Sequence record: PX880101.1
From: a phage
DNA: 64,000 bases
Direction: 5' to 3' (one strand)
The notes beneath the pieces are model-generated. The model worked only from the letters and a program-made list of their open reading frames with translations, was not told the origin of the DNA and did not search any database. Shown here one piece after another: positions 9,772-18,810 of this stretch; positions within the stretch are counted from its first letter, which is position 1, and every line of letters starts with the position of its first letter. The translations under genes were made by a program, and so were the position numbers.

Positions 9772-9788
9772 ATCTCAATAAGTATAAT
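9761..9788 (+). promoter_or_regulatory. sigma70-like promoter (TTGACA-N16-TATAAT)
   Basis: Consensus hexamers; followed by hairpin ggcgg-gaaaactta-ccgcc (9799-9817). Confidence 0.6.
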
Positions 9789-9845
9789 TAAACACACAGG
9801 CGGGAAAACTTACCGCCACTAACAAAGAAAACAGGAGAAAATATC

Positions 9846-10469
9846 ATGACCACCGTTAACATTACCACAGGTTACAATTTATCTTTCGACGTGCTGACCG
9901 ACGAACAAAAAGAAAAAGCCATTGAAATGGTACGCGAAAGAGAAGAACACAGCGGGGATGACTTTTTTGCAGAAAGTGTAATTGAACACTACAAAGAATA
10001 TATCTTTCCAGAGTACGGCCTTGAAGATACCGAAGTACATTGGTCCGGCTTTTGGTGCCAGGGTGACGGCGCGTCAATCAGTGCTGAAAACGTGGATTTA
10101 GAAAAATTTTTGCGTAAAGTAAAGGCCCTGACCAAGTTCCGATCAATTCGTCACTTGTTCGGCACAATGCACGATGGCGAGTTATCAGCCAGTGTTGAAC
10201 GCGACAAGTACAGCCATTACAGCCATGAAAACACTGTAAGCGGATACATTGATACCACCTGGCTAGATCTGACCGCCAAACAAGAAAACAAAGTGGAAGA
10301 CCTGGAAGAGCTGATCACCGAGACGGTACGGGAGCTATCCCGCAAGGTTTACGTAGACCTGGAGGAGGCCTATCTAGAACAGTTCACTACCGAAAACCTG
10401 ATCGGCCTTATTGAGGCCAATGATTGGCGGTTTGATGTGGATGAATATGGAGAGATGAGTTTTTCATAA
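9846..10469 (+). CDS. hypothetical protein
   Basis: ORF with promoter, leader hairpin and RBS. Confidence 0.55.
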   Translation: MTTVNITTGYNLSFDVLTDEQKEKAIEMVREREEHSGDDFFAESVIEHYKEYIFPEYGLEDTEVHWSGFWCQGDGASISAENVDLEKFLRKVKALTKFRSIRHLFGTMHDGELSASVERDKYSHYSHENTVSGYIDTTWLDLTAKQENKVEDLEELITETVRELSRKVYVDLEEAYLEQFTTENLIGLIEANDWRFDVDEYGEMSFS

Positions 10470-10560
10470 ATAAAGTGTTGCAATAATCTAAAAACCTGCT
10501 ATATTAAAACTCAAGGGGGGGCAAGACGTTTGCCCCACACAAAACAAAGAGGAAAACATT

Positions 10561-10941
10561 ATGAAAAACACTACTAAAGCTATTGACACCGTTATGTTTA
10601 ACCTGGTTACCTTTCGCGAGGATATGAAAGATCTTCCACGTGAAACAGTGTGCGATCACATTGAAAACTATCGCAAACTAATCAAAGAGTTGCCTTTAAA
10701 ACGTGACCAGTATGCGGCTAACGCTATGCTCAACGCCATGATCAAAAAGATGATTCAGTGTGATTTAACCCTGGCCTATGATTATGCAGGTGGTCGTTTT
10801 GCAGTATACAATCAGCCCGTGCCTGGTATGAGCACCACCGAAGAATTGCACGCGTTAAATCTGAAACAAGATGTATGGGATAACATGCCCCGCGTGGTGG
10901 TGTGGGCAGAAAGCGGAAAGATTTACGGCGATAATTTTTAA
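10561..10941 (+). CDS. hypothetical protein
   Basis: ORF with promoter, hairpin gggggcaagacgtttgcccc and aagagga RBS. Confidence 0.55.
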   Translation: MKNTTKAIDTVMFNLVTFREDMKDLPRETVCDHIENYRKLIKELPLKRDQYAANAMLNAMIKKMIQCDLTLAYDYAGGRFAVYNQPVPGMSTTEELHALNLKQDVWDNMPRVVVWAESGKIYGDNF

Positions 10942-10951
10942 TCAGGTAACA

Positions 10952-10978
10952 GGCGGCATATTTGCCGCCTTATTGTTA
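10952..10978 (+). terminator. intrinsic terminator
   Basis: Hairpin ggcggca-tat-ttgccgcc followed by ttattgtt. Confidence 0.5.
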
Positions 10979-11005
10979 AACAGAACTGCAAAAGAGGTAC
11001 ATAGA

Positions 11006-11377
11006 ATGGAATTTATTATTTTGGCTGTAGTAGTTGCCTTGTTCAACGCCTGGATCGCTGGCAAGATAGGTAGATCCGCTTTTCTATGGTTTGTTATATC
11101 TATTTTCCTGGGAGTGGTTGCAACTATTGTATTGGTTATCCTTGCAATTGTTGACAAGGGCGATAATAGAAAGGGTAAAGTGTTTTCCGACCTGTATGAC
11201 GCACAAACGTTTGTCAACGCCTATTATAGTGATCTTCCAGTCTCCCTACGCTGCAGCCTGGCACAACAGGTTTTTGATGAGGCTAAAACCAGAGACCAAG
11301 CCCATGAGATATGTTTAACTGAAGCGGATCGCCTATTTGAGAGGAATAGAAAATATGTGGACCAGCCGTTTAAATAA
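11006..11377 (+). CDS. membrane protein with two predicted TM helices
   Basis: ATG after aaagagg RBS; MEFIILAVVVALFNAWIAG and FLWFVISIFLGVVATIVLVILAIV. Confidence 0.5.
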   Translation: MEFIILAVVVALFNAWIAGKIGRSAFLWFVISIFLGVVATIVLVILAIVDKGDNRKGKVFSDLYDAQTFVNAYYSDLPVSLRCSLAQQVFDEAKTRDQAHEICLTEADRLFERNRKYVDQPFK

Positions 11378-11596
11378 CGCCACGTTAATTAATCCCTTTA
11401 GTGAAGATTTGAAGCCAGCCGCCTGGCGTGACGGATTCAATAACGAACGCTTTATTTTCAGGCCTGATCTTGAGGAATTTTATAACAATGGATCGAACAA
11501 CAGCGGAGATAATTTTTCTTGTGGTGTGCGTGGTGATAGGACTCCTGGGGGCCATTGTAAACCACGTCACTACTAACAGGAGGGAAGGGGGAGACG

Positions 11597-11716
11597 ATGA
11601 CAACCAAGGATAAGCCATGCGCTGATAAGGTGCGCCGTGTTATGGTATGGCTTGAGATTATCGCCCTTGAAATATTGTTAGGCGTAGGGATGTACTTTAT
11701 CGCTGTAAGTAACTAA
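11597..11716 (+). CDS. small membrane protein (39 aa)
   Basis: Strong aggagggaaggggg RBS; hydrophobic C-terminal half; terminator follows. Confidence 0.3.
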   Translation: MTTKDKPCADKVRRVMVWLEIIALEILLGVGMYFIAVSN

Positions 11717-11720
11717 GAGC

Positions 11721-11750
11721 GGCCCCCGATCATGGGGGCCTATCTTTTAA
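11721..11750 (+). terminator. intrinsic terminator
   Basis: Hairpin ggccccc-gatcat-gggggcc followed by tatcttttaaaaaattttt. Confidence 0.6.
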
Positions 11751-11854
11751 AAAATTTTTCTTCCGGGGTGTTGCAATCCGGTCCGGAATGTGGATAATAA
11801 CAATCAACGGGGAGCTAATCCCCACCACCACAAAAACCAGAAAGGAGAAACAAA

Positions 11855-12055
11855 ATGAGCAACAATATCCGCGTTATTAACTTCAAAAAAGAAGAAAAAA
11901 TTGCCGTGCTGATTGACGGTCAAGAAATCTTCAAGGGCGACTATGAAGATCATCAAACGGCGATTAGTATCACTCGCGTGATTGGTTATCATAATTTCTA
12001 CCCCCAAGGCGCTGAGGCAGCAGTTAAACGAATCAAAGAGATTGTAGGCCTGTAA
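11855..12055 (+). CDS. hypothetical small protein
   Basis: ORF with promoter, hairpin cggggagctaatccccacc and aaaggag RBS. Confidence 0.5.
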   Translation: MSNNIRVINFKKEEKIAVLIDGQEIFKGDYEDHQTAISITRVIGYHNFYPQGAEAAVKRIKEIVGL

Positions 12056-12067
12056 AATTTATTTTTA

Positions 12068-12091
12068 GATGGCCTTGACTTCAGGGCCATC
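12068..12091 (+). promoter_or_regulatory. 24 bp palindrome GATGGCCTTGACTTCAGGGCCATC, copy 3
   Basis: Third copy of the 45 bp element. Confidence 0.5.
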
Positions 12092-12148
12092 GATAAAGTA
12101 AATTTAAACCCTGTTAAAATACCACGCAGTTAACAAGGAGTGATAGAC

Positions 12149-12448
12149 ATGTTTATCCAGGCTAATAATCTTTATTTCTTTGATGGTCAGATCGTAGATG
12201 GTGTGGAAGTGGAGATCACCGGGTGCCCTGGCGGTCAGGCTATGACTTTTCGGAATAATGCCTTTGATGATTCTCATATCGTTATGAGAATGGAAGTTAC
12301 GAAGCTGGACGACAAGAAAACACTTATTGACTATTCTGTGAAAGATCATCCAGACTACCGCATGATCCATGGTGATTTGTGCATTGTTGACCGTGACAAG
12401 GTGGGCGGCATTGTGATCGCTATTGTGAACGATGTTTTCTCAAACTAA
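12149..12448 (+). CDS. hypothetical protein
   Basis: ATG 8 nt after aaggag RBS. Confidence 0.5.
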   Translation: MFIQANNLYFFDGQIVDGVEVEITGCPGGQAMTFRNNAFDDSHIVMRMEVTKLDDKKTLIDYSVKDHPDYRMIHGDLCIVDRDKVGGIVIAIVNDVFSN

Positions 12449-12840
12449 TTTCAGCAGGCGATTTTATGAAAGTCAAACTATATTACCTTAATGAGCTTAA
12501 CCCCCTTGCCCAGGTCCGCGCCCTAGCTAATACCTTGATTTGTGAGAAATCTGTATATTGTGTTGAGCTTAACACGTCTCAAAGGTGGTTACTTTGACAT
12601 CCATGCTGCAATCAACGGCCTGAATATGGAATTTATACGCTTACGTAACAGCCGCCGGAATCTGGCAAGAATGGAACAAGATCCGGCCCACCTTCGCAAG
12701 CTGGTTATTGAAAATCATCTGATGTTTAATGCCGAGGGGGATTATTACCATTTTCACCGCAAACGCTGGTACCGTGGCGGCAATACAGGCAAGAATGCAA
12801 AATAAGGCCCCTAGCAGGGCCTGCAGCAATATAATCACAT

Positions 12841-12875
12841 AAAGGCCATGCGGTTGCATGGCCTTTATTATTTTG
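12841..12875 (+). terminator. intrinsic terminator
   Basis: Hairpin aaaggccatgc-ggtt-gcatggccttt followed by attatttt. Confidence 0.6.
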
Positions 12876-13007
12876 GCGTTACAACGGCATACGGGGCGCT
12901 TAAAAAATTTTTAAAGAAGTACTTGCATCATTCCCGACAATATGGATAATAAGAGTTGTCGAGGGGGAGGCCCCCAATCGTTGACCAGATAGATAGGAGT
13001 TAAAATC

Positions 13008-13292
13008 ATGGCTATTGTTACCGCTGGCGATGTAGTAGAAATGGAAGCAAAATACTTAAAAGCGGGTATGCACATCCTACGGAATGATCAAGAGTTATTA
13101 TTAACGATGGTTGACTATAATCACGGCCAGGATTATCCAAGCATCGACTACTTTTTTGAGTATGTTGATGAAGAGTTGAAAGAGGATGAGGCCTATTGCG
13201 GTGAGTTCTGCAACTTCTTTTGTCCTGATGAGGTTGTAAAGGTTATTTATCAACCTGGCGTAGCTTTCCCGCTGCACGCTATCAATAAATAA
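13008..13292 (+). CDS. hypothetical acidic protein
   Basis: ORF with TTGCAT...GATAAT promoter, hairpin gggggaggccccc and taggag RBS. Confidence 0.5.
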   Translation: MAIVTAGDVVEMEAKYLKAGMHILRNDQELLLTMVDYNHGQDYPSIDYFFEYVDEELKEDEAYCGEFCNFFCPDEVVKVIYQPGVAFPLHAINK

Positions 13293-13347
13293 ACCTGGCG
13301 GGGCCGAAAAGGCCCCCAATTATGAAAATAAAGAGAGGCAAATCATC

Positions 13348-13581
13348 ATGATGGAACAAATTAAACGCGCCGAGGCTATTAATGGCAACGTGATCTATTT
13401 TGTCAGCAAAAACGAAAAAGGCGTACCATATGCGGCAGTAATAGTACAACCTGACGGCGATTATTGGTTTACTGTGTACGGCGCTTATTCTTTTGGGCGT
13501 CCAGTGCATGATAAAATTTTGAAAGTAGCGAACCCTACCGGGAAGAATATCACAGCAGAAAAATTTTTTGAAAATAGTTGA
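13348..13581 (+). CDS. hypothetical protein
   Basis: ORF with aaagagagg RBS. Confidence 0.5.
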   Translation: MMEQIKRAEAINGNVIYFVSKNEKGVPYAAVIVQPDGDYWFTVYGAYSFGRPVHDKILKVANPTGKNITAEKFFENS

Positions 13582-13605
13582 CATGACCATATAAGACTGT
13601 AATAT
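13578..13605 (+). promoter_or_regulatory. sigma70-like promoter (TTGACA-N16-TAATAT)
   Basis: Hexamers; followed by hairpin ggggcaacgaacccc and aagagga RBS. Confidence 0.55.
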
Positions 13606-13656
13606 ATAAATCAAAGGGGGCAACGAACCCCACCAACTACAAAGAGGATAAAAATC

Positions 13657-13836
13657 ATGGCTATTATTGCAAAGACTGAGATCGTAGGCTTAGATTCTAT
13701 TCTCCTCGCATATGAGGAAGCTATAGAAATGTATGTGGTTTCCTATGGTGAGTATATCCGTGAATATAAATCTATTGATCTGGCTTTTGAATGTTATATC
13801 CGCCAGGTTAATAAAGCGTACGATGATTATCGTTAA
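13657..13836 (+). CDS. hypothetical small protein (59 aa)
   Basis: ATG after aaagaggataaaaatc; hand translation MAIIAKTEIVGLDSILLAYEEAIEMYVVS... Confidence 0.4.
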   Translation: MAIIAKTEIVGLDSILLAYEEAIEMYVVSYGEYIREYKSIDLAFECYIRQVNKAYDDYR

Positions 13837-13923
13837 AATAGTTTGACAACAGCCATCTTACAAAGCATAATACATAAGGCGGTGGAATGGTCCGCCACCT
13901 GGAACAAAGAAGAGGTAAACACC

Positions 13924-14169
13924 ATGAAAAGCAATAAAGGTTATAACGGTTACAAAAACAAAACTCATTGGAATGTAAGCCTTTGGATTAATAACGATGA
14001 GTCATTGTACCGGTTGGCCCAAGGCTTTATTAACGCCAATGCTAATCGTAATGATGCGGCGCGGGATATGATGCTTTTTCTGGAGCTAACCGGACAAGAT
14101 AAGACCCCGGACGGCTTCAAGTACAGCACTACGGCGATCCGTGCCGCGATGGTTGGAATGAAACACTAA
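13924..14169 (+). CDS. hypothetical protein
   Basis: ATG after aagaagagg RBS, downstream of leader hairpin ggcgg-tggaatggt-ccgcc; the upstream ORF-track start would run through the hairpin. Confidence 0.5.
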   Translation: MKSNKGYNGYKNKTHWNVSLWINNDESLYRLAQGFINANANRNDAARDMMLFLELTGQDKTPDGFKYSTTAIRAAMVGMKH

Positions 14170-14360
14170 AAGCACATAGCTGCCTTACCCTGGGGCTGTG
14201 GTAGCGGCCCCATGAATAAGGTTACTAACAGAAGAGAATAAACACCGTGAAACAGAAATTAATCGATGCAGTGATCTTGGTTATTGCCCTGGGTATTGGC
14301 CTGATTGCAACCATGTCTAATATGATCTTGTCTTCCAACGGTATCTGGTGAGGTTGGCAA

Positions 14361-14576
14361 ATGATCACTAACAAAACAGGCAAAACGGAATTTTTACGCA
14401 ACTTACAGATCGGCAAGCCTGAGATCTGGTACTGCACTAAAACACCGCGTGACGAAATGAAAGACTTCACCGCCACGCTGCAACGGGTAAAGATATCTAT
14501 CACGCAGAAAAAGGCCTTACTAGTGGTGGAAGGGGAGATCCCCCAAACCGTTGTTATAGTTGAGCGTACAGCATAG
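14361..14576 (+). CDS. hypothetical small protein
   Basis: ORF. Confidence 0.4.
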   Translation: MITNKTGKTEFLRNLQIGKPEIWYCTKTPRDEMKDFTATLQRVKISITQKKALLVVEGEIPQTVVIVERTA

Positions 14577-14667
14577 TTTAATTTATACAGATACCTGAAA
14601 ATTAACCAACAAAGCATAAACAGGCGGTTACCGCCGCCTTAAACGTAGCAGAAAGAGGATAGACACA

Positions 14668-14952
14668 ATGAAAAAGATGATCGCAGTGGTTACCCTGGTT
14701 GTTGGACTTAATGCGCCTGTAATGGCTAAAGAGCTGGCAAAAGAGGTTAATCTAACGGATATTCATGCCGTCAATCAAATCGGGGTTACTTATCGCTTAT
14801 GCCTTGCCGCTAAAACTTTTAAGGACGGCACAACAGAGTACTACGGATTCGAGGGTATCCGGTGCGGTGAGCTTGCTCGCGACCTTAAGGAAGATCCAGA
14901 CCTGGAGGAACTGCCCATAACCGTGAACGGGAAAACTTACGTGAACCGTTAA
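14668..14952 (+). CDS. putative secreted or periplasmic small protein
   Basis: Signal-peptide-like MKKMIAVVTLVVGLNAPVMA; aagagga RBS; leader hairpin ggcgg-tta-ccgcc upstream. Confidence 0.5.
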   Translation: MKKMIAVVTLVVGLNAPVMAKELAKEVNLTDIHAVNQIGVTYRLCLAAKTFKDGTTEYYGFEGIRCGELARDLKEDPDLEELPITVNGKTYVNR

Positions 14953-14954
14953 CC

Positions 14955-15089
14955 ATGAGAAAGATAATTATTACCATGGGGATCGTGGCGGCAATGTTGG
15001 CGATCTTTCCCTTTATGGTTAGGTATGTGCTGATTAATGTTGTCCTGGTAGTCAGCGATCTGGTGTTATATATTAACTCATTGTTTTAG
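14955..15089 (+). CDS. small membrane protein (44 aa)
   Basis: ATG overlapping upstream stop; hydrophobic throughout. Confidence 0.3.
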   Translation: MRKIIITMGIVAAMLAIFPFMVRYVLINVVLVVSDLVLYINSLF

Positions 15090-15097
15090 GCGCGATA

Positions 15098-15289
15098 ATG
15101 ACAGCGGAAGAAGTTAAAAAAGTACTGGCGGTACTGCGTTATCATAATCATTGCAAGGTGAAGAATGATCCTGATTATCTTGATTCATCCCTTGAAGAGG
15201 ATACACTACAAGCCATAAGCAACATGCAAGAATTGCTTAAGCGTATGACAGAGAAAAACCGACCGGACTACATAGGGGGTAAAATATGA
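15098..15289 (+). CDS. hypothetical small protein
   Basis: ORF. Confidence 0.4.
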   Translation: MTAEEVKKVLAVLRYHNHCKVKNDPDYLDSSLEEDTLQAISNMQELLKRMTEKNRPDYIGGKI

Positions 15290-15597
15290 TCGCTATTACG
15301 CCAACCGTTTTAGATTGGTATCGGCAACGCATAGCGCCTCCGCTGGCTATCTTCAAAGATGCGGAAGCAAAACAACGCCGGATCTCAATACATGAGATCA
15401 TCAACCTTAACGCTGGAGGCACACCATACCGCCCAGGACCTGGCCGTGAGATGGACAATACATTGGCGATCCTGAAGATACGCCGTAAACGGTCCTCCCT
15501 TACGCTGGATTCATTACACACAATGCAGTCTCCGTTCCAGGTGACTGGGAAACGGATCGCCAGGTCCTGGACAAAGGCCAATGACCGGACCGTATAA
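15286..15597 (+). CDS. hypothetical protein
   Basis: ORF overlapping upstream stop by 4 nt. Confidence 0.4.
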   Translation: MIAITPTVLDWYRQRIAPPLAIFKDAEAKQRRISIHEIINLNAGGTPYRPGPGREMDNTLAILKIRRKRSSLTLDSLHTMQSPFQVTGKRIARSWTKANDRTV

Positions 15598-15651
15598 ATA
15601 AAAAGTGTTTTGGTACTGATTTTGGGGTTGACTTGTTCGGCCCCTTTTGCT

Positions 15652-15707
15652 ATTCTTATTAAACGGGCGGCACTTGGGAACAGGGGGAGACAATCACCAG
15701 GCCTGCC
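15652..15707 (-). repeat. inverted copy of the GGCAGGCC-GGTGATTGTCTCCC element seen at 5913-5958
   Basis: Reverse complement caggcaggcctggtgattgtctccccctgttccc closely matches gggcaggcccggtgattgtctcccggcccctgttgccc. Confidence 0.55.
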
Positions 15708-15816
15708 TGTCATATAAGAACTATAAAAACCGTTGACATCTGCCAGGGGGGTGGGGTAACATTTATCTTGAAGGGGCAAAGGTGCCCACACAACAACCAG
15801 AAGAGAGGAAAACACT

Positions 15817-16089
15817 ATGTCAAGCTGGATTAATCAAGAAGTCGAATCACGTTTTAATGCTATTTGGGATCTCATCGAAAAAGAAGACGGCACATCAAGC
15901 CCCTACCTCAACAATTTGGAATTCCATTTTGTGGAAGCGATGAACGCAGAACATGATCACGAAGGTGGTGCGGACGAGTTCGCTAAAGGGTATGGCTTCA
16001 ATAATGCCAACGAAATGATCGAGGCGGTTGTACTCCAGGCTGAGGAAGATTATCAATTAAAAACGCTTGAATTCTGCCGCCGTAAGTAA
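15817..16089 (+). CDS. hypothetical acidic protein
   Basis: ORF with promoter, hairpin ggggcaaaggtgccc and agagagg RBS. Confidence 0.5.
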   Translation: MSSWINQEVESRFNAIWDLIEKEDGTSSPYLNNLEFHFVEAMNAEHDHEGGADEFAKGYGFNNANEMIEAVVLQAEEDYQLKTLEFCRRK

Positions 16090-16149
16090 TAGGATAATGA
16101 CACGGGCCGGGAGGCCCACTAATCAGAACCACACAAAGAGGTAAACATC

Positions 16150-16413
16150 ATGAAACGTCTTGATCAGCTTAAACTAGTTCAGTACATGGCCTACAAAGTT
16201 CTTGAAGTCCAAAAAGGTAGCAAAAAAGAGGTTTGCGAGAAAGCATATAAGATCTTTACCCGTAAAAAAGATGATTGGATGTTACGCCAGACCAAAAAAG
16301 CCGATATCCTGGGATACCTGGAAGAAGAGATCCGACTTGAAGAACAAGAAGAGATCCGCCGTAGTGAGGCAGATTATCAGGCAGCTTGGGAAAACTGGAT
16401 GAGTAACAAATAA
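16150..16413 (+). CDS. hypothetical protein
   Basis: ORF with hairpin gggccgggaggccc and aaagagg RBS. Confidence 0.5.
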   Translation: MKRLDQLKLVQYMAYKVLEVQKGSKKEVCEKAYKIFTRKKDDWMLRQTKKADILGYLEEEIRLEEQEEIRRSEADYQAAWENWMSNK

Positions 16414-16480
16414 TACAACAAGTTACATGGTCAGGGGCAATAAAGCCCCTTGATCGCATAAAAAATTATGCTATCCTTGG

Positions 16481-16509
16481 TTGACAAGGATCGTCAGTTT
16501 TGCTATATT
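16481..16509 (+). promoter_or_regulatory. sigma70-like promoter (TTGACA-N17-TATATT)
   Basis: Hexamers upstream of ORF 16558. Confidence 0.55.
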
Positions 16510-16557
16510 CTTTTTGAAGGGAAGTTGTAAGAAAATTAACTAAGAGGTAAAAACACC

Positions 16558-16977
16558 ATGAACATTAAATCTAATAATCCGGCATATAGCTTTGATAACG
16601 CTTTTTGTCACGGTCCGGCGGCGAAAGGATTCGAAATCGATGGTAAACTAATTATTGTCAATGTTGACGGGGAAGAGGTTGCAGTATATCCGGTGGCAGA
16701 CGTAAAAAGCCGTTTACAATGCCGCATTGATGTTACCGCCTATCAGCTTGATCCGGTCCGCATAGTTGCCCTGGTCCTGGAAGAAGAAATTAAAGCCATG
16801 CACCATAGCAACAGATTTATTGGTGACGCGCAGGATAATATGAAAGTATGCCGCCATAAAGTTAATGAAGTGCTTAAAGAGTACGGCTATAAAGATCTTA
16901 TGATCAAACGTGAGGAAAAATTCCGCTACCGTAACGACCTGGCAAATCGAATCTATGAAATATACGAATCATTATAA
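16558..16977 (+). CDS. hypothetical protein
   Basis: ORF with aagagg RBS. Confidence 0.55.
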   Translation: MNIKSNNPAYSFDNAFCHGPAAKGFEIDGKLIIVNVDGEEVAVYPVADVKSRLQCRIDVTAYQLDPVRIVALVLEEEIKAMHHSNRFIGDAQDNMKVCRHKVNEVLKEYGYKDLMIKREEKFRYRNDLANRIYEIYESL

Positions 16978-16994
16978 TTTCTTAACTAAACTAT

Positions 16995-17024
16995 CAGGGG
17001 CTTTAAAAGGCCCCTTTCTTTTTG
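16995..17024 (+). terminator. intrinsic terminator ending the plus-strand small-gene array
   Basis: Hairpin aggggc-tttaaaa-gcccct followed by ttctttttg. Confidence 0.6.
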
Positions 17025-17599
17025 TCTGTATTTCTCCTACCACAAACGGCCCAGCCTGGCAAGTGGAATAATTGACTAGCCATCAATCCCACACACTGTA
17101 CAAATATACATGGAAAATAACTATTGCATAATTTTTCATTGTGTGGTAGCAAGTCCATTTTTACCCGTTTTCTCTCTCAAAATTGCACGTAATGCCGCTA
17201 TTGCACAAATTTTAACCTGATGCACATCTCCAATATCTTGTCAACAACTAAAAATCTTTATAAGTCATACACTTACACAGCATCGAAAGCGTGTTCTACG
17301 CGAAAAATCGAGTATAACTATAGCCGCCAGATCTCAGAATTCACGTACGCACGCCATTCTATAGCCTGCAAAGTATTTATTCCAACCACAGAATAACGGA
17401 ATAGTCAATACCTGCATAAAATAATTATTCGTGTAAACTGCATAACATAAATCAGCTCAGGTGTCAACATTTTTCGTAAACAGTCCGAAATTATCACGAT
17501 GAGTTATCATAAACAGAGAAATCTTTAGTCGTCTAATGTTTACTGTACATTACTATACTGACTGGAATCATTAGATGACTAAGAGAAAGATAAGAAATA

Positions 17600-18020
17600 A
17601 TTAATAATGTAATTATTTTACCTGTAACAATAAGGCAACTATGCAAACGAATGGCATGGCGCGACGGAGTCGCGACATAATATAAAAGCAGTAACCATCA
17701 CCCCCGTGATAGTTTGTCTGCAATCTATTAATCAGATCATAGTTGCCTTGTATTCAGTTAATCATGACATAATAAGCAAGGCAACTATAGATCTGCTAAT
17801 AGTTGCCCTGCTTTTATATTATGTCATAGAAACACCCGAAGGGGTGACCAAAGGTCACCTGGCATGGCCAGTGAAAGATTATTAACTTGTTAATTGTTAA
17901 CTTGCTAATTGTTTTCATGCAAACGAATGTCATGGCTTATCCTATCTGTGTAAACAGTTAAGGTGTAAACTATCCAGGCGTAAACAGTCTATGCGGGAAC
18001 AATCTATACGTGAACAGTGA
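17600..18020. repeat. cluster of direct and inverted repeats
   Basis: AGGCAACTAT x4 in both orientations; catgcaaacgaatg(g/t)catggc x2; palindrome ggtgacc-aaa-ggtcacc; five copies of a G(T/C)GTAAACAG-like iteron between 17945 and 18015. Confidence 0.6.
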
Positions 18021-18629
18021 AACATGAAATAATAACAATCGTTATTGTGTCGAAAGTGTATAAGGTGTCATAGTATGTCAGACAAGTTTTTCTCCTCTTT
18101 GTCAAGTGCTGCATGAAAATTTACAAACTGGTATGGTAGCATTTTTGCGGCCCTGTTTACATTCAGTTGTGTATGTATAACCCTTGTTGTGTGGGCGTTT
18201 AGACGTCTGGACGGTTGGAAGTCTACAGGTCAATATCTAATCTATTGGCTGCTAACTATATCCCACACAAATAGTAAGAAATACAATTGTTATGTGAGTA
18301 AACGGTAACTCATGTTATCAATCCCTGTATGGATCGCCAGTGGTGCGCATAATGGGTATTATGTTAAATTGCCCGTAATGATAACTATTCTCACAATGAT
18401 AGGTATTCTCATTCACTCCCACAAGATAGGTTGCAAATGTTGTGCCACTGTGTGAACGGCCTCACCTATTAATTTGCCTCACTGCCTCGATATTTGAGAA
18501 TTGTTATAAGAATGAGAAGTATTCCCATTTCGTCCGCCTGGCAGCACTCCAGTCGCTACCGCTCATGACAGGGCAGAACTGGGTCCATTCAGATATTTCT
18601 GGCTGACTCTTCAGGTCTGTGTGGGAAAA

Positions 18630-18810
18630 GCCAACCTCTCCGGCGGGGCAGGGGTAGGTCAATTAAAAAATTTACGTGGTGTATGAAGAGCCCTTCAGGT
18701 AAGGCATGTATTATGGGATGAAACACCCTTCAGGCAATGATATTTGTGGGTGGGATATTTGCTGGAAAGCCAGATATGACGGGACTCCTGGCGGGGCAGG
18801 GGTAGTACAG
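18630..18810. repeat. direct repeats (ggcggggcaggggtag x2; cccttcagg x2)
   Basis: Two ~17 bp units about 148 bp apart, plus a second repeated unit between them. Confidence 0.55.

Noticed and set aside
11337-11613. ORFs 11337-11576 and 11428-11613
   Set aside because: Two overlapping frames; the second contains a strongly hydrophobic TM-like segment but has a weak start context, and the first translates to low-complexity sequence; neither called with confidence.
12466-12805. Gene models in the 12450-12810 interval
   Set aside because: Two overlapping frames (ATG 12466 and GTG 12542) both lack a convincing RBS and promoter module, unlike neighbouring genes; left uncalled.
15237-15815. 192 aa minus-strand ORF
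   Set aside because: Runs antisense through several well-supported plus-strand small genes and an intergenic repeat element; no RBS; likely an antisense artefact.
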